This document shows positions 42,745-58,773 of a stretch of DNA of 64,000 nucleotides, piece after piece. The first letter of the stretch is position 1, and each line of letters opens with the position of its first letter. The position numbers were made by a program, and so were the translations under genes. This DNA comes from Octopus vulgaris (Eukaryota). The stretch lies in contig OX597822.1 of assembly GCA_951406725.2 (NCBI GenBank), positions 75,454,001 to 75,518,000 of the forward strand, in the 5' to 3' direction. Below the pieces are notes generated by a model that saw nothing but the letters and a program-made list of their open reading frames with translations, was not told the DNA's origin and searched no databases.

Positions 42745-43140
42745 TAGGCGTAGGAATGGCAGTGTGGTAAGTAGCCTGCTTACGAACCACATAGTTCCGG
42801 GGTCATTCCCACTGCATGGCACCTTGGGCAAGTGTCTTTTACTGTAGCCTCGAGCCGACCAAAGACTTGTGAGTGGATTTGGTAGACGGGAACGGAAAGA
42901 AATATGTATGTGTGTGTGTGTATGTTTGTGTGTCTGTGTTTGTCCCCCCAATATCGCTTGACAACCGATGCTGGTGTGTTTACATCCTCGTAACTTAGCG
43001 GCAAAAAAGACCGATAGAATAAGCACTAGGCTTACAAAGAATAAGTCCTAGGGTTGATATGCTCGACTAAAGGCGGTGCTCCAGCATGGCCACAGTCACA
43101 TGACTGAAACAAGTAAAAGAGTAAAAGCGTAAAAGGGTAA
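42745..43140 (+). mobile_element. SINE family A, full length
   Basis: Matches 9379-9780. Confidence 0.92.
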
Positions 43141-43374
43141 AAATTAGATACTCATCAGGTCGAATATACCTTAATTATGTGAAGGTTACATTGTCGAGTT
43201 ATCTTGGAATTCCTCAACGAGAATTTAACCTTCATATAATGAAGTTATCTTCAGCCAGGTAAATAACCAGCTGAGTACCCTTCACTGAGTAATTATTACA
43301 TCAGAGAATGTAGTAGACGCATGAAGCCTGATTTTTACCTGCTCCACTTCCGCAGTTTGGAGTTTTATTAATAA

Positions 43375-43767
43375 TTAGCCGTATCGCCCGGCGTTGCTCG
43401 GATTTGTTTCACCCCTTTAGAATTGGAATTTTTGAAAAGTAAAAATTTTGCATTATGTAGCTTGTTATTCTCTTTAAGCGAACATTTTTCTGGTTGAAAT
43501 TTACCGAAACATGGCGACACAGCAGTCAAAAAATCGTAAAAAATAGGGATTTTCATAGAAAAAAAGCACCTTTTTGATGTAAATAATTTTTGGCCTTAAC
43601 ATGGTCTGATTTGAATTATTTCTTCGACGGAAGGAAGAGCAATCTTTTCTTTTATCATACTCTCAATTTTGGTCAACTTGCACCGCAGGGTCTCGGAGAA
43701 GATAGTGTTAGTTGAAAGCTACCAAACCTGCCACACACAGACAACTTCAGCTTAATATATAGAGAGA
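43375..43767 (-). mobile_element. Non-autonomous Helitron-type element (second family)
   Basis: Shares termini with 17224-17618 (TAGCCGTATCGCCCGGCGTTGCTCGG ... ACAGACAAC..TATATAGAGAGA) but has a different interior. Confidence 0.75.
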
Positions 43768-44398
43768 TTAGAGGTGTTTTACCTTTTAACCATTAGCGCA
43801 TTACATGTATCAATACATATAAAGAGACTTTAAATGTTTACAAGGCAATGAATTTCTAATTATTTTGTTGTTGCTAAAATATTTAATGTGAAAGAAAACT
43901 CCCTTTTCCATGCAACCATATGAAAATTAGCAAAAACGATAAAAACAAAAGAAAGAAAACATCAATGAAAAGTGTCCATTTTGGTTGTTATGGAAGAGAA
44001 ATTGCAAATAATGAACGCTCCATCTGCATAACTTAATCGATAAGATTGCTGTTCTTGTCGGGAACAAACCAACGTCGCCGACTGGTTTAGTTGACCTTTA
44101 TCAATCGCATCAACAGAAGCTCTGAAAAGGAGAACTCGAATAAAAGCCGTATTATTTCTTGAAAAGAAAAAAAAAGGGGGGTTTAGTGGGGCACATGTGG
44201 TTAACCAAAAGGATATCATCCCACCCCATCATCGGTTTGCTTCGTAAAGCATCGTGGAGCTTTTAGGTGTTTTCGCTCAATAAACACATACAACGCCCGG
44301 TCTGGGAACCAAAACCGCGATCCTCCGACCGCGAGTCCGCTGCCCTAACCACTGGGCCATTGCGCCTCCACGGTTGTCAAACGATGTTGGCGGGGACA

Positions 44399-44447
<49 letters not shown>

Positions 44448-45174
44448 CCACTCACAAGGCTTTGGTCGGCCCGAGGCTATAGTAGAAGACAAGAACAGCA
44501 ATCTTATCGATTAAGTTATGCAGATGGAGCGTTCAAGGTGCCACGCAGTGGGACTGAGCCCGGAACCATGTGGTTGGTAAGCAAGCTACTTACCACACAG
44601 CCACTCTGCGCCTATGTATATATATTCGTATGTGTATATATAATGGAATCTCCCCTCAATGACGACGCCGAATGAGATTTCAATTAATAGCAGTGGTAGC
44701 TGTTACTAGGATAAGGATGCTGGTTCTTGGTGTACTGATCATCTTGGTGATGCTGTCGATAGTTTGGCACTGAACGGAACTTGGTGCTGGCAGTGAATGC
44801 AGGGGGATACATCGCCTTACCGTTGATTTTTTGGGGGATGGCACCGATTCAAAGAGTAGTTTGTTGGTGAAGATGTTCGTGTGCTGGTAATGACTATTGT
44901 TGAGTCAAGACTGAAATGGTGTCGGTGTTGTCTGTGAGAGTAATTCTGTGTCGCGGTGGATGTAGTTATGATTGGTGGCGGCGGCGGAGGTGGAGGTGGT
45001 GGTGGTTGTTTTGATGATACTATTAAGCGGTGAGTGGGGTGACGGAGCGGTGGCGGTGCTGCTGCTGCTGCTGCTGTTGGTTGTAATTAGTGTATCAAAG
45101 GAGCTACAGATGACCTTAATGGGGATGAACTGGTAGTGTAGTAGTTTAGTTGATGTTTTCTTTTAACGATATTT

Positions 45175-45179
45175 AATGA

Positions 45180-45213
<34 letters not shown>

Positions 45214-45425
45214 GGTGTTGACGACGATGACGATGACGATGATGAGGATTATGATGACGACGACGACGACGACGGTGATGATAATGTTGATGACGACGGT
45301 GATGATAATGTTGATGATAGTGGTGGTGGTGGTGATGAAGATGATGAGGATTATGACGACGACGACGACGGTGATGATAATGTTGATGACGACGGTGATG
45401 ATAATGTTGATGATAGTGGTGGTAG

Positions 45426-45463
<38 letters not shown>

Positions 45464-45545
45464 ATGATGACCACGATGATAATGCTGATGATACTGGTGG
45501 AGGTAGTGATGATGATGGTGATGAGGATGGGAATGGTAGCTATTA
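45175..45545. repeat. (GAT/GAC/GGT)n tract with a ~100-bp higher-order duplication
   Basis: Block GATGATGAGGATTATGA...GATAGTGGTGGT occurs twice. Confidence 0.9.
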
Positions 45546-45963
45546 TTATTTTTTTTTTTTCAACGGACGAGGTAATTTTCGAATCTATTTCCAGAAACAT
45601 CCATTGATCTCAAGAGCCGCTTCTTCATCTTATCCTAGATCCTTCCTGCTTCACTTGAGATGATTTTTAATCTTGTTGTTGTCGTTATTATTATTATAAT
45701 TGTTGTTGCTTTTGTTTTTGTTGTTGTTGGTGTTGGTGGTGGTGTTGGTGGTAGTGGTGGTGATGGTTGTTGTTGTTATCATTATTATTGCAGAATTTTT
45801 TTTGTTATGTGTTGTATGCATGTTTGCTATATATATATTTATATATATATTTTTTGTTTTTATATTTTCCTTTAATATATTTTAGCTGTGTGCAATTATC
45901 TTGCCTCTTTGGCGAGTCTTCAACTCGTTCAAAGTCTGAGTCGTACAATCCAATCTTGAAATA

Positions 45964-46027
<64 letters not shown>

Positions 46028-46241
46028 GTGTACTGAGGTGTGGATCGGTAAGGTGGGATTGGCAGTGTGCGTGTGTGCATGTGTGTGTGTGTGAGCTCGT
46101 GTGTGTGTGTGTTTGTGTGTGGGTGTAAGAGATGAAAAAAAGGAAGGCAGATGATGGTTAGAATGGGAAAGAGAAAGAGAACCAAAATTTAGAGAGGAAT
46201 AAGAGGGCACGAACAGAGAATGACATAATTACTACAAGAAT

Positions 46242-46276
<35 letters not shown>

Positions 46277-46580
46277 GGTGTAGAGTCAGAGGGAAAGGGA
46301 GGAAGAGGGAGCGATGAGAGTGAAGGGTAAGGTTCACATAAAAAATAGGGGAAAGAGGTAGATAGAAAATGAAAGAGAAAGAGAGATGTAGAAGAATTAG
46401 CGGATAATTATAGATATTATAATCTGTACTACCACATAATGCCTTTCATATCCCATCTATCTATTTATCTATTTATCAGTCTGTCTATCTATCAATCATT
46501 CTGATATATATATATATATATCCGTTTACATTTGGATTATAAAAACAGTATAATGCTTGAACTTATAAATATGATATATG

Positions 46581-46634
<54 letters not shown>

Positions 46635-46769
46635 CATATATAATATATATATTGCATAGATTATTAGATAAATATACAAAAATATAATTGTATATTATAT
46701 ATATATAACATTTGTATACATATTATGTACATATGCATATATATATATATATATATATATATAAGGCGA

Positions 46770-48914
<2,145 letters not shown>

Positions 48915-48917
<3 letters not shown>

Positions 48918-49195
48918 ACGACTACGTAAACACTAACACCAATTGTCAAGCAGTGATGCGGGACAAATACACACACACACACACACACGCACACACACAC
49001 ACATGCATATATGTAACACACAAACACATATACGGCGAGCTTCTTTCAGTTTCCGTGTACCAAATTCACTCAAAAGACTAGACGGTCTAAGGTTATAGTA
49101 GAAGACGCTTGCCCAAGGTGCCATGGAATGGGACTGAACCCGGAACCATGTGGTTGGGTAACAAACTTCTTACCGCACAGTCACGCATGCGCCTA
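48915..49195 (-). mobile_element. SINE family A, 5' two-thirds
   Basis: Reverse complement of family A head and CORE. Confidence 0.85.
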
Positions 49196-49449
49196 ATGAA
49201 ATTCCTTTGAAATGGTAACACTATTCTGTCTTTGTGGGAACTGCTATTAAATTCGTTATCGCCATGCTTTTTTTCAGATAAATTCAAAGAATTACAAAAA
49301 TTGTCACATGTTGCAAAAATGAATAATGAATAACTCCCTTCACAGACCATGAGACAGTGACCACTAACTTCTTAGCTTAGGGTGCAATGGTGGGTTTGGG
49401 TAGTGTTTAGGTGACTCTCCTGCATGTTCACCTGCTGCTGTCAAAAGGT

Positions 49450-50060
49450 ATCCATTTCTCACCACAAGCAATGCTTTGATGCACAAATAGTATTTTTCAA
49501 GTCGAGAAAGCAATAAGGAGCACACTTCGAGGCATCTGTCTTTTTTAATGTCATTCAGTTGATGTGGAACAAACCTATCTGTTTTCTTGACGTTTCCAAT
49601 TTTTTTTACAGGTGTCCAAAAACACCTGTGCGTGATGTTTGGGGTTCTGATAAAAGTTTTCGAACCTTTGTTCTCGGATTTTGTTCGACCAAAGCATTTA
49701 ATTCATCAGGACGAATAACTGATTTTGGCCTACTCCTTTTCAAGGCTATCATTTCTTACACGAGAGCTTAGGAACCACTCTGAACAGTTCTGATGTCAAC
49801 AAAACCATTACCACAGATCCGCTTGTTATTCCGTAGAGCTTCTGCAGCAGAGTGACCCAGTTTGTACTCACACGAGAAAATCACTCAACATTGTTTGGTT
49901 GTTATCATTTTCATAAGGTCTGTGGGTACGAATTTTGCATACCAATATTGTTGGGAAAGAAAAAGAGTCAAGATTAAATGCAAGGTAAATATAATTGAGT
50001 TTTTAAATGACTGAAATAACAAATAATTAAAAATGCGGCATTTCACGTGAACCAACCTAA
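49450..50060 (-). mobile_element. Mariner 5' end with decayed transposase N-terminus
   Basis: TIR TA-TTAGGTTGGTTCACGTGAAA; peptides EYKLGHSAAEALRN, DELNALVEQNPR and FVPHQL (WVPHEL motif). Confidence 0.85.
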
Positions 50061-50092
50061 TATTAAAACGTTAAATAAGATTCCCGTTGAAC

Positions 50093-50143
50093 AGGATTCC
50101 TGGTTATAACGCAGGCGACCCGGGTTCAATTCCCGGCAAGGAA
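50093..50143 (+). pseudogene. tRNA-Glu-like fragment (3' two-thirds, anticodon loop mutated)
   Basis: AGGATTCCTGGTTATAACGCAGGCGACCCGGGTTCAATTCCCGGCAAGGAA resembles tRNA-Glu(TTC); 5' end absent. Confidence 0.6.
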
Positions 50144-50234
50144 ACCGTATTTATTTGTTTAAAGGCGGTGCTCTAGCATGGCCGCAGTAAAAAAAAAAAA
50201 CAGGAGTGGTTATTTACTTCAAAGTTTCATTTAC

Positions 50235-50621
50235 CTTTCTCGGTTGTCACACATTTCTCCTATTGCGCCACATTGAAACATCTCTTCCTGTGATTCACCT
50301 GTAATCCTTTCAATATGTCTTTTACTATAACTTCTCTGTCGTTCTTCATAATCTTTCTAAGAGAAGTCTCTAACAAATCTCCAACGATTTTCTCTTTGAC
50401 CTGTATTTTCGCTATTTCTTTCTTAAAATTCTCAACGCTGCTTGATCTCAATTTAAGTTCATTTTTACTCGTTTTCTCCATGCAAGCGCGTTTCCTTTCA
50501 GCGTCAGCTTTGCAGGAGAGCTGTCTGATCAGAAGTTCTCTTAGCTACGCTTTTTATTTTGCTTTCTTTTCATTTATAACCTTTTGTGCTCCATATTCAA
50601 ATATATTTGCAATATAATATA
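50235..50621 (-). pseudogene. Pseudo-exon encoding a coiled-coil-like peptide
   Basis: TTGCAG acceptor, AAG|GTAAAT donor, 387 nt symmetric phase 1; K/E/L-rich translation with three in-frame stops. Confidence 0.45.
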
Positions 50622-50806
50622 CTGCAATACAATGAATTGCAGTTTTTCCCCCTCTTTTTATGAGTATAAAATACCTAAATATCAAATCATAGCATGACTA
50701 AGAACAACTGTTGAAGTAATAATGAAAAACCTACACGAACTATTATCTATCTTTCCAGCAACATAGCTACCTACTTGCCTGACTAACTACCTGCCTGTCC
50801 GTTTGC

Positions 50807-50879
<73 letters not shown>

Positions 50880-50997
50880 GATCGATCGATCTGTCCGTCT
50901 GTTTGTCTGTCTGTCCGTCTGTGTTTCTTTCTGATTATCTATCTATCTATTTCTCTGTCTGTCTGTCTTTCTGTCTGTCCGTCCGTCCGCTTGTCTT

Positions 50998-51065
<68 letters not shown>

Positions 51066-51232
51066 TCAATATATATATCTGTGCGTCCGTCCGTCTGTCT
51101 GTCTTTCTGATTATCTATCTATCTCTCTGTCTATCTGTTTGTCTCACTATTCGTCAGTCCCTCCGTCTGTCTGTCTATCTATCTGTCTGTCTGTCCATTC
51201 GTCTGTCTGTTTGTCCGTCTTTCTGTCTGTCC

Positions 51233-51302
<70 letters not shown>

Positions 51303-52249
51303 ACATCGACAGCATACATACATACACAAACGCACGCACACATACACACATACACATATCCTTTGTATGTTATAATTATATTAAAAATTAATGAACGTTA
51401 TGCTTGCCCTGTGGTAATACTTCAGTGAGGTGAGGTGAGAACAGGCAAGCACACATACATACACACATACACTCGCATAAAGACATAGAGAGAGAGAGAG
51501 AGAAAAAGAAAGAGAGAGAAAGTGATAAGGGTGGGTACACTAATTCAAAAAGTCGAAATAATAATTATATTGAGCGTTTTATTTACGCGAAACCAACACA
51601 AGAACGGACAACAACGAAATAATAGCGAGAAGAGAATGAAAAGCGAAGTGTGAGAGATGGAGACAGTCAATTATGTATATGGAGTAGAATTGATAGACGG
51701 ACATTTAAAATTATATACATTTGTGCTTAGTGTTCTGTTAACTAAACGTTCTGTTCGTTCGTTTTTCTTTCTGCGAAATACAGAAAAATAGTGAAAAGAC
51801 TATGGCAGTTAATTGCTTTTGATGTATTCGTTAGAGGTATGGACAAACAGAGAAATGGAAGCTCGCTGTTAATTACGTTAGTATATTAATTTATTATTTA
51901 ACACTTTACACCGGCGAAGCACGGTGAAAATTGTTAAATACCGCAGCGGACTGTCTGCAGATACACAATAATTATGAATAAATAAATAAATATCGTTTTG
52001 CATTACTTGTGTATATAATAACTTTAAGGAAAAATATATACATATTTCCACAAGTGCAGGCATGGTTATGAGGTCAAGAAGATCGTTTTGCAATCTCGTG
52101 TATCCAGGTTCAGTTCCACTGCGCGGCACATTGGGCAAGTGTTTTCTACTAAAGCTCTGATCCGACCAATGCCTTGTGAGCAAATTTGGTAGAAGAAAAC
52201 TGTGTTGAAGCCCATCGTATAGATATATAAATATACAAAGCATCTAAGT

Positions 52250-52544
52250 GTATATTTTTCCCCCCTGAAGAGATTATGTTCAGAAATATGAACTTAAAAT
52301 TTTGTTAATTCGTTATGTATAATCGAAACAGCTGTAAGGGATTATTATCGATTTGTTGTTGATAATAAACTCTTATTAACCCCACAATCTCCATTTTCTT
52401 CTTCTTTATTTATATGAATATAAACTGTTTATATACACACCTATCATTTTAAGGAAATCAATTTTCTCCAAAATATTAGATATTGAATAAGTATTTTCTT
52501 GGATGACACCATCCCTTCATGAGGCAATCATAACCTCTAATCAA

Positions 52545-52545
<1 letters not shown>
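52250..52545 (+). mobile_element. Penelope-like terminal repeat with HHR (52259-52341)
   Basis: CCCC-CTGAAGA-GATTATG...TATAATC-GAAA-CAGCTG-TA-AGGGA. Confidence 0.7.
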
Positions 52546-52576
<31 letters not shown>

Positions 52577-52860
52577 TTGTGTGCGTGCCTACATGTGTGT
52601 GATTCGTATCTGTATTTTGTCACCAACCACCACTTGACAATGAGTATTTCTTTTATTGTTTCCGTCCTTCTAACTTAGCGGTTAGGCAAACACTCCGATA
52701 GAATAAATAAAATGTCCCCATATGAATTAGGGGCGGTTATTTCAACTAAAATCCTCCCAGCTGTGCTCCATCTTGGCCGCAATTTGATAAAGGAAATAGG
52801 TAAAAGATAAAAATGTTTCTCTGTCGTAAACGGAAAGCCAGTACACCAATTGGGAAGTGT

Positions 52861-52892
<32 letters not shown>

Positions 52893-53208
52893 GCAAACAC
52901 GTAGACACACACGCACACACACACACATGCGCGCACACACACACACACACACACGCACACACATATGTATATATATAAATGTTTGTGATGGTGTGTGAAT
53001 GCGTGCATGTATATATCTGTATATGTGTTATGTGTGCGCGTTGTATGCATACCAATTCCTGACCAATTCCTGTACAGCCGAATAAACAGTCAGATAATGA
53101 AAATCACTAAGTAGAAACATCAAATCTGATGGATAAACAGAAAGATAGAATTTGGATAGAATTTTCTAGATGGAAGTTTGGAAGAAGAATAAATTCTGAA
53201 TAATTGAT

Positions 53209-53820
53209 AGGCGCAGGCATGGCTGTGTGGTAAGTAGCTTGCTTAGCAACCACATAGTTCCGGGTTCAATCTGACTGCGTGACACCTTGGGCAAGTGTGT
53301 GTGTATGTGCGAGTGTGTGTGCTTGTGTGTCTGTGTTTGTCCCCCTAGCATCGCTTGACAACCGATGCTGGTGTGTTTACATCCCTGTAACCTAGCGGCT
53401 CAGCAAAAGAGACCGATAGAATGAGTACTAGGCTTACAAAGAATAAGTCCTGGGGTCGATTTGCTCGACTGAAGACGGTGCTCCAGCATGGCCATAGTCA
53501 AATGACTGAAACAAGTTAAAGAGTAAAAGAGTAAAGAGTAATTGATAGGCGCAGGCATGGCTGTGTGGTAAGAAGCTTGTTTCCCAACCACATGATTCCG
53601 GGTTCAGTCCCACTGCGTTGCACCTTAAGCACCTATTACCTCGAGCTGACGAAAAGTTTGTGAATGGATTTGGTAAATGGAAACTGAAAGAAGCCGATCG
53701 TACACACACATATATACATATATGCATGTATATGCCTTTGTGTCTGAGTTCGTCCCTCACCACCGCTTGACAACCTGTGTTGGTTTATTTACGTCACCTT
53801 TATCTAGCAGTTCGGCAAAT
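53209..53820 (+). mobile_element. Two head-to-tail family A SINEs
   Basis: TAATTGATAGGCGCAGGCATGGCTGTGTGG at ~53201 and ~53539. Confidence 0.9.
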
Positions 53821-53827
53821 AATTAGT

Positions 53828-54155
53828 GGAGGCACAATGGCCCACTGTTAGGATAGCGAACTCGCGATCGTAGGATCACGTTTTCGATTCCCGGACCGGG
53901 TGTTGTAAGTGTTTATTGAGCGAAATCACCTAAAGCTACACGAGGCTCCGGCAGGGGGTGGTGGCGGACCCTGCTGTACTCTTTCATCAGAACTTTCTCT
54001 CACTTTGTCACACTGAACCTCCCTGAAGACTACGTTAAGGGTACACGTGTCGGTGGAGTGCTTAGCCACTCGCACGTTAATTTCACGTGCAGGCTGTTCT
54101 GTTGATCGGATCACCTGGAACCCACGTCGACGTAACCAACGGAGTGCCACAACAT
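53828..54155 (+). mobile_element. SINE family C (tRNA-derived), near full length
   Basis: tRNA-like head GGAGGCACAATGGCCCA...TTCGATTCCCGGACCGGG; relatives at 11010, 33380 and 44200-44372. Confidence 0.8.
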
Positions 54156-54708
54156 AAAAATTAACTGTCGCAGGCGTACCTGTTTGGTAAGATGTTTGCT
54201 TCCGAACCGCAAGGTTCCCGGTTCAATTCCACTGCATGGCACTTTGAATAAATGACTTCTAGCCAAGTGTTTTTTTACTATAGATTTGGACCAACCATGT
54301 GAGTGGATTTAATATACGGAAACTGAAAAAGATCTGTCGTATAAAAGACATATATGAGGTTGTGTCTGTGCGTGTGTGTGTGTGTGTGCCCACCACTTCA
54401 TTGACGTGTTTATGTCCCTGTAACTTAGCGGTTTGATAAAAGAGAAAAGATAAAAGCTAATAGGAAAGTACCAGCATTAGGAAAGATTATAAGTAGAACA
54501 CGAAGAAGGATTTACAAGGAAGGCAGCAGAAAAGATATAGGCATGCAAACTCAAAGGCAAAAAAAAAAACAAAAAAAACACGTTGTCTCTTCTGCTACTA
54601 ATTTCTTCTCCGATATGAAGAATCGGCTCGAAGAATTAGGCAGGACAAAAATAGGAAATACAGAGGTAGGAGTAGGAAATGAGTAGAAATAGTTGGTGTA
54701 AAATAATC

Positions 54709-55320
54709 TTTTCTACTGTAGGCACACGGCCCGAAATTTTGCGGGAGAGGGTCAGTCGATTAGAACGACCCCATTACGCAAATGGTTCTTAATTTATCGA
54801 CCCTGAAAGGATGAAAGGCAAAGTCGACCTCGGCGGAATTTGGGCCCAGAACATAAAGACAGACGAAATACCAATTTCTTTACTACCCACAAGGGGCTAA
54901 ACACAGAGGGGACAAACAAGGACAGACAAACGGATTAAGTCGATTACATCGACACCAGTGCGTAACGGGTACTTATTTAATCGACCCCGAAAGGATGAAA
55001 GGCAAAATCGACCTCAGCGGAATTTAGACTCAGAACATATAGACAGACGATATACCGCTAAGCATTTCGCCCGGTGTGCTAACGTTTCTTATTTCTTACT
55101 GCCCACAAGGGGCTACGCACAGAGGGGGCAAACAAGGTCAGACAAACGGATTAAGTCGATTATATCAACCCCAGTGCGTAACTGGTACTTATTTAATCGA
55201 CCCTGAAAGGATGAAAGGTAAAGTCGACCACGGAAGAATTTGAACTCAGAACGTAACGGCAGACGAAATACGGCTACGCATTTCGCCCGGCGTGCTAACG
55301 TTTCTGCCAGCTCGCCGCCT
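54709..55320 (-). mobile_element. Multimeric SINE family B with 19-bp TSD
   Basis: TSD TAGTT(G/A)GTGTAAAATAATC at 54690-54708 and 55321-55339; central domain present three times. Confidence 0.93.
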
Positions 55321-55847
55321 TAGTTAGTGTAAAATAATCCCAAACACGAAAATCAAATAAAATTGTATTATTTCTCTTATACTTGCTGGAGTCATTAGAC
55401 TGCGGCCATAGTGTGGTACGCGCCTTGTAGAGTGTTTAGTTTAACAAATCGTTCCCAGTACTTATTTTAATGTCTGATACCTATCCTATCGGTCTCTATT
55501 GTCGAACTGCAAGGTGAAGAGGCCCATGAACAAACCGTTACTGGTTGTCAAGCTTTGGGGAGGATAGAAAACGACAAAGCACAACGACACAACACATGTA
55601 GAAACATAGATATTTACACACACAAATTTACATACATATACATATCATTATATTGAACCGTTAATCCCTACAGATTTCGTTTTCTCTTCTTTGTTTTCGT
55701 TCTCTCAAAGTTTCCCATCATAATCTTTACTGTCGAAGACCGTAGGCTCGAAGCGTCAAAGACTTTTCCATTTTTCCCGAGCATTAAACTAATACACATG
55801 CTTCTTGTGTTTTCAACTGTCTTCGCCTTTTGTTATACACACACACA

Positions 55848-55931
<84 letters not shown>

Positions 55932-56140
55932 CAGTCATGACAGAAGTAAATAGGCAACCCTATAAAACATCGTCTTATGTTTATTTTAACTTATAAAGGT
56001 TTATATTTTTTTTTAATTGACTTTTTTATGTTTCAGGTTCTATATGTGACTGTTTAATCATGCCAAGAACAAAATAAGCCATGGAACTGTCTGAATTTCA
56101 AAGAGGCCATATTATGGGTCATTCTGAAGGTGGACATAGC
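55932..56140 (+). mobile_element. Tc1-like transposon 5' end
   Basis: TA-CAGT terminus; MPRTK*AMELSEFQRGHIMGHSEGGHS resembles a Tc1 transposase N-terminus. Confidence 0.7.
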
Positions 56141-56890
56141 CTAGCTATCTATACATTCTACTATTTGCCTAGGCTGCCCAAAGACAGAAACTGGTAGACA
56201 GGAACTGAGAAGCGCGTCTACCAAATCCAATCTCACGGTTTTAGTGAGCCTCGGCAATAGTAGAAGACCCTGCCCAAGGTTCCACGTTGTGGGGATGGAA
56301 CCAAGGTTACATTGTCGGAAAGCAATCATCTTAAATACACAGCCACACTTGCGCCAGGTTATGCAGGTAATATTTTAAAAAAAGACATGCAAAAAGCAGG
56401 GGATGTAAATAATATTCTAAGACATACAAAAAACAGTTTAACAGAATAACTTGAAACAATGGAGAGAAAATTCTGAGAAAATGTCACAAGAGCAGTGCGC
56501 CGAGGTAAACATTGGCATGTTTCTTATTTTAAATTGTTTTTGCTTGTTTTCTGTAATATGGAATGGCTATAGTAATACATAGATTAATAACAATTTGATA
56601 CAACCGCCATTTTCTGTCAAATAATTGTCTGGACAGTATGAAGTAGATGTCAAACAAAATTATGTTTTGTTATATAAAAGATATGTGTATGTCAAACTGG
56701 GCTTCAGTTGTCTCGTCTGCTGTTACAGCTAATTTTGGCGCAATAGTTTATTTTTTTTATTTTAGGATATTTTCGATAAAAATATCGAAAAATTGTTTCT
56801 TTTGTTCGTGTGTTTATGTGTTTGTTTGTGTGCGTGTTTATGTGTGTGTGAAAATGTGTTTATTATGTGTACATGTATATGTATATTTAC

Positions 56891-56944
<54 letters not shown>

Positions 56945-57086
56945 ATATATTGTTATAGTATATTCTGCTAAGAACGTAATAGAGTACAGCATAAAGCTCA
57001 TCTACCTTCAGATTTCACCCTCTGCTATCCAGTAGTGGTATTATACGTACTTCCAGGTTTGCGTTTGGGCATCTGTTGTGTGTTAA

Positions 57087-57123
<37 letters not shown>

Positions 57124-57172
57124 TGATATAATATATACGTATATGTCTATATATATATATAACCTTCTTTCG

Positions 57173-57206
<34 letters not shown>

Positions 57207-57232
57207 GTATATATAATGTATATACGTATATG

Positions 57233-57275
<43 letters not shown>

Positions 57276-58397
57276 CGCAAACATCTATAAGTATATAATC
57301 GCTGTATGGCAAAATGATTTAAAATTTACCTTTGCAATCAAGAGATCACGGATTAGATCCCCCTGCGTGACGTTTTGGGCAAGTGACTTTCGCCATGGCA
57401 TGGAGTCAACCTAAACCAGGTTAGTGTAAGATGACAGATAGAAGCTGTGTGCAAACCCGTCGGATACTTTGTACCTGTACTTAAAAGCTACAACTTTGAT
57501 CCACATTGTGTCACATTGACTGCAGGTGAAAATGACTAGATTAGTAGTGCACGAGTCTGTAGAATGCTTATTCAATGAAAAGGGAATTCAACCAATCGGA
57601 AAATTACACGCTCTTCAAAAAAACCGACGGAGATCCATGCACTTATTTTCATTATATACATATATACGTACACAGACGTGTTTTCAATATACACATACAC
57701 ACATCATATAAACACACACTCTCATATATACGTGTATATGTGAAGATCGTTATAGGTAGATAGAAATAAATTGAACCTAAAATTAAGGACTAAATATTCT
57801 AGCAATAAACTACAAAGGACTTTTATTAAATTACCCTTCATCAATGCAGCTTTGTGGACATCAAACGCTTTCTTAATTACTGTCATATATGCGAAAGCTT
57901 TTCTTTTTCTTTTACTTTAAAGAAAATAATTTCCTTTTAATTTGAAGCAGTTTTATGTGAAAACCATTGTACCAGGACAGTTTAAACACGAACTTCTTTA
58001 TAAAAAGAAGAGATTAGGAAGAAAACTAAGAAACAAAACCAGAATCAAAAACCTGAAAGCAATTGCGTCGTAAACTAAAAAAAGAGTAGGTTTTCACGAA
58101 ATTAAAAAAAAGGAATTTAAAAAGGAATTTGATGCTCAGAAAATACTATCGATAAAGAATAAGTTTTCTCATACATACATAGATACATAGATACATACAT
58201 ACATACATACATACATACATACATACATACATACATACGTACATACATGCATACATACATACATACATACATACGTACATACATAAATGTATACATACAT
58301 ACACACACACGCATGGACATATATATATACATACACATACAAATATACATATATATATATATATATACAAATATGTATATGCACATGTATATATAGT

Positions 58398-58431
<34 letters not shown>

Positions 58432-58496
58432 GTAGATACATTCATGTGTATACATATATATGTAAATATATATATATATGCATATATATTTATGTA

Positions 58497-58547
<51 letters not shown>

Positions 58548-58630
58548 CATATATAATATATGCATATATAATATTCATATATACATATACGTACACAGAC
58601 ACACACGCACGCACACAAACACACACATGT

Positions 58631-58773
58631 ATGAGTAAGACAATGAGAACCCAGAACAACAATGGCCTTGATTGCTTCACTGAAGGAGAAATGATTGAAC
58701 TCAGAAAGAACTATAATTATTTCGACACAATCCCATCAAATAATTGTTACTTCCATAAAGAATATATTGAGAG
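58631..58773 (+). pseudogene. Possible exon remnant ending in a B-box-like start (CYFHKEYIER)
   Basis: 47 open codons ending at a strong AG|GTAAGT donor; 5' side abuts a microsatellite. Confidence 0.3.

Noticed and set aside
50093-50143. Functional tRNA gene
   Set aside because: 5' acceptor and D arms missing, anticodon loop disrupted; tRNA-like heads elsewhere belong to SINEs.
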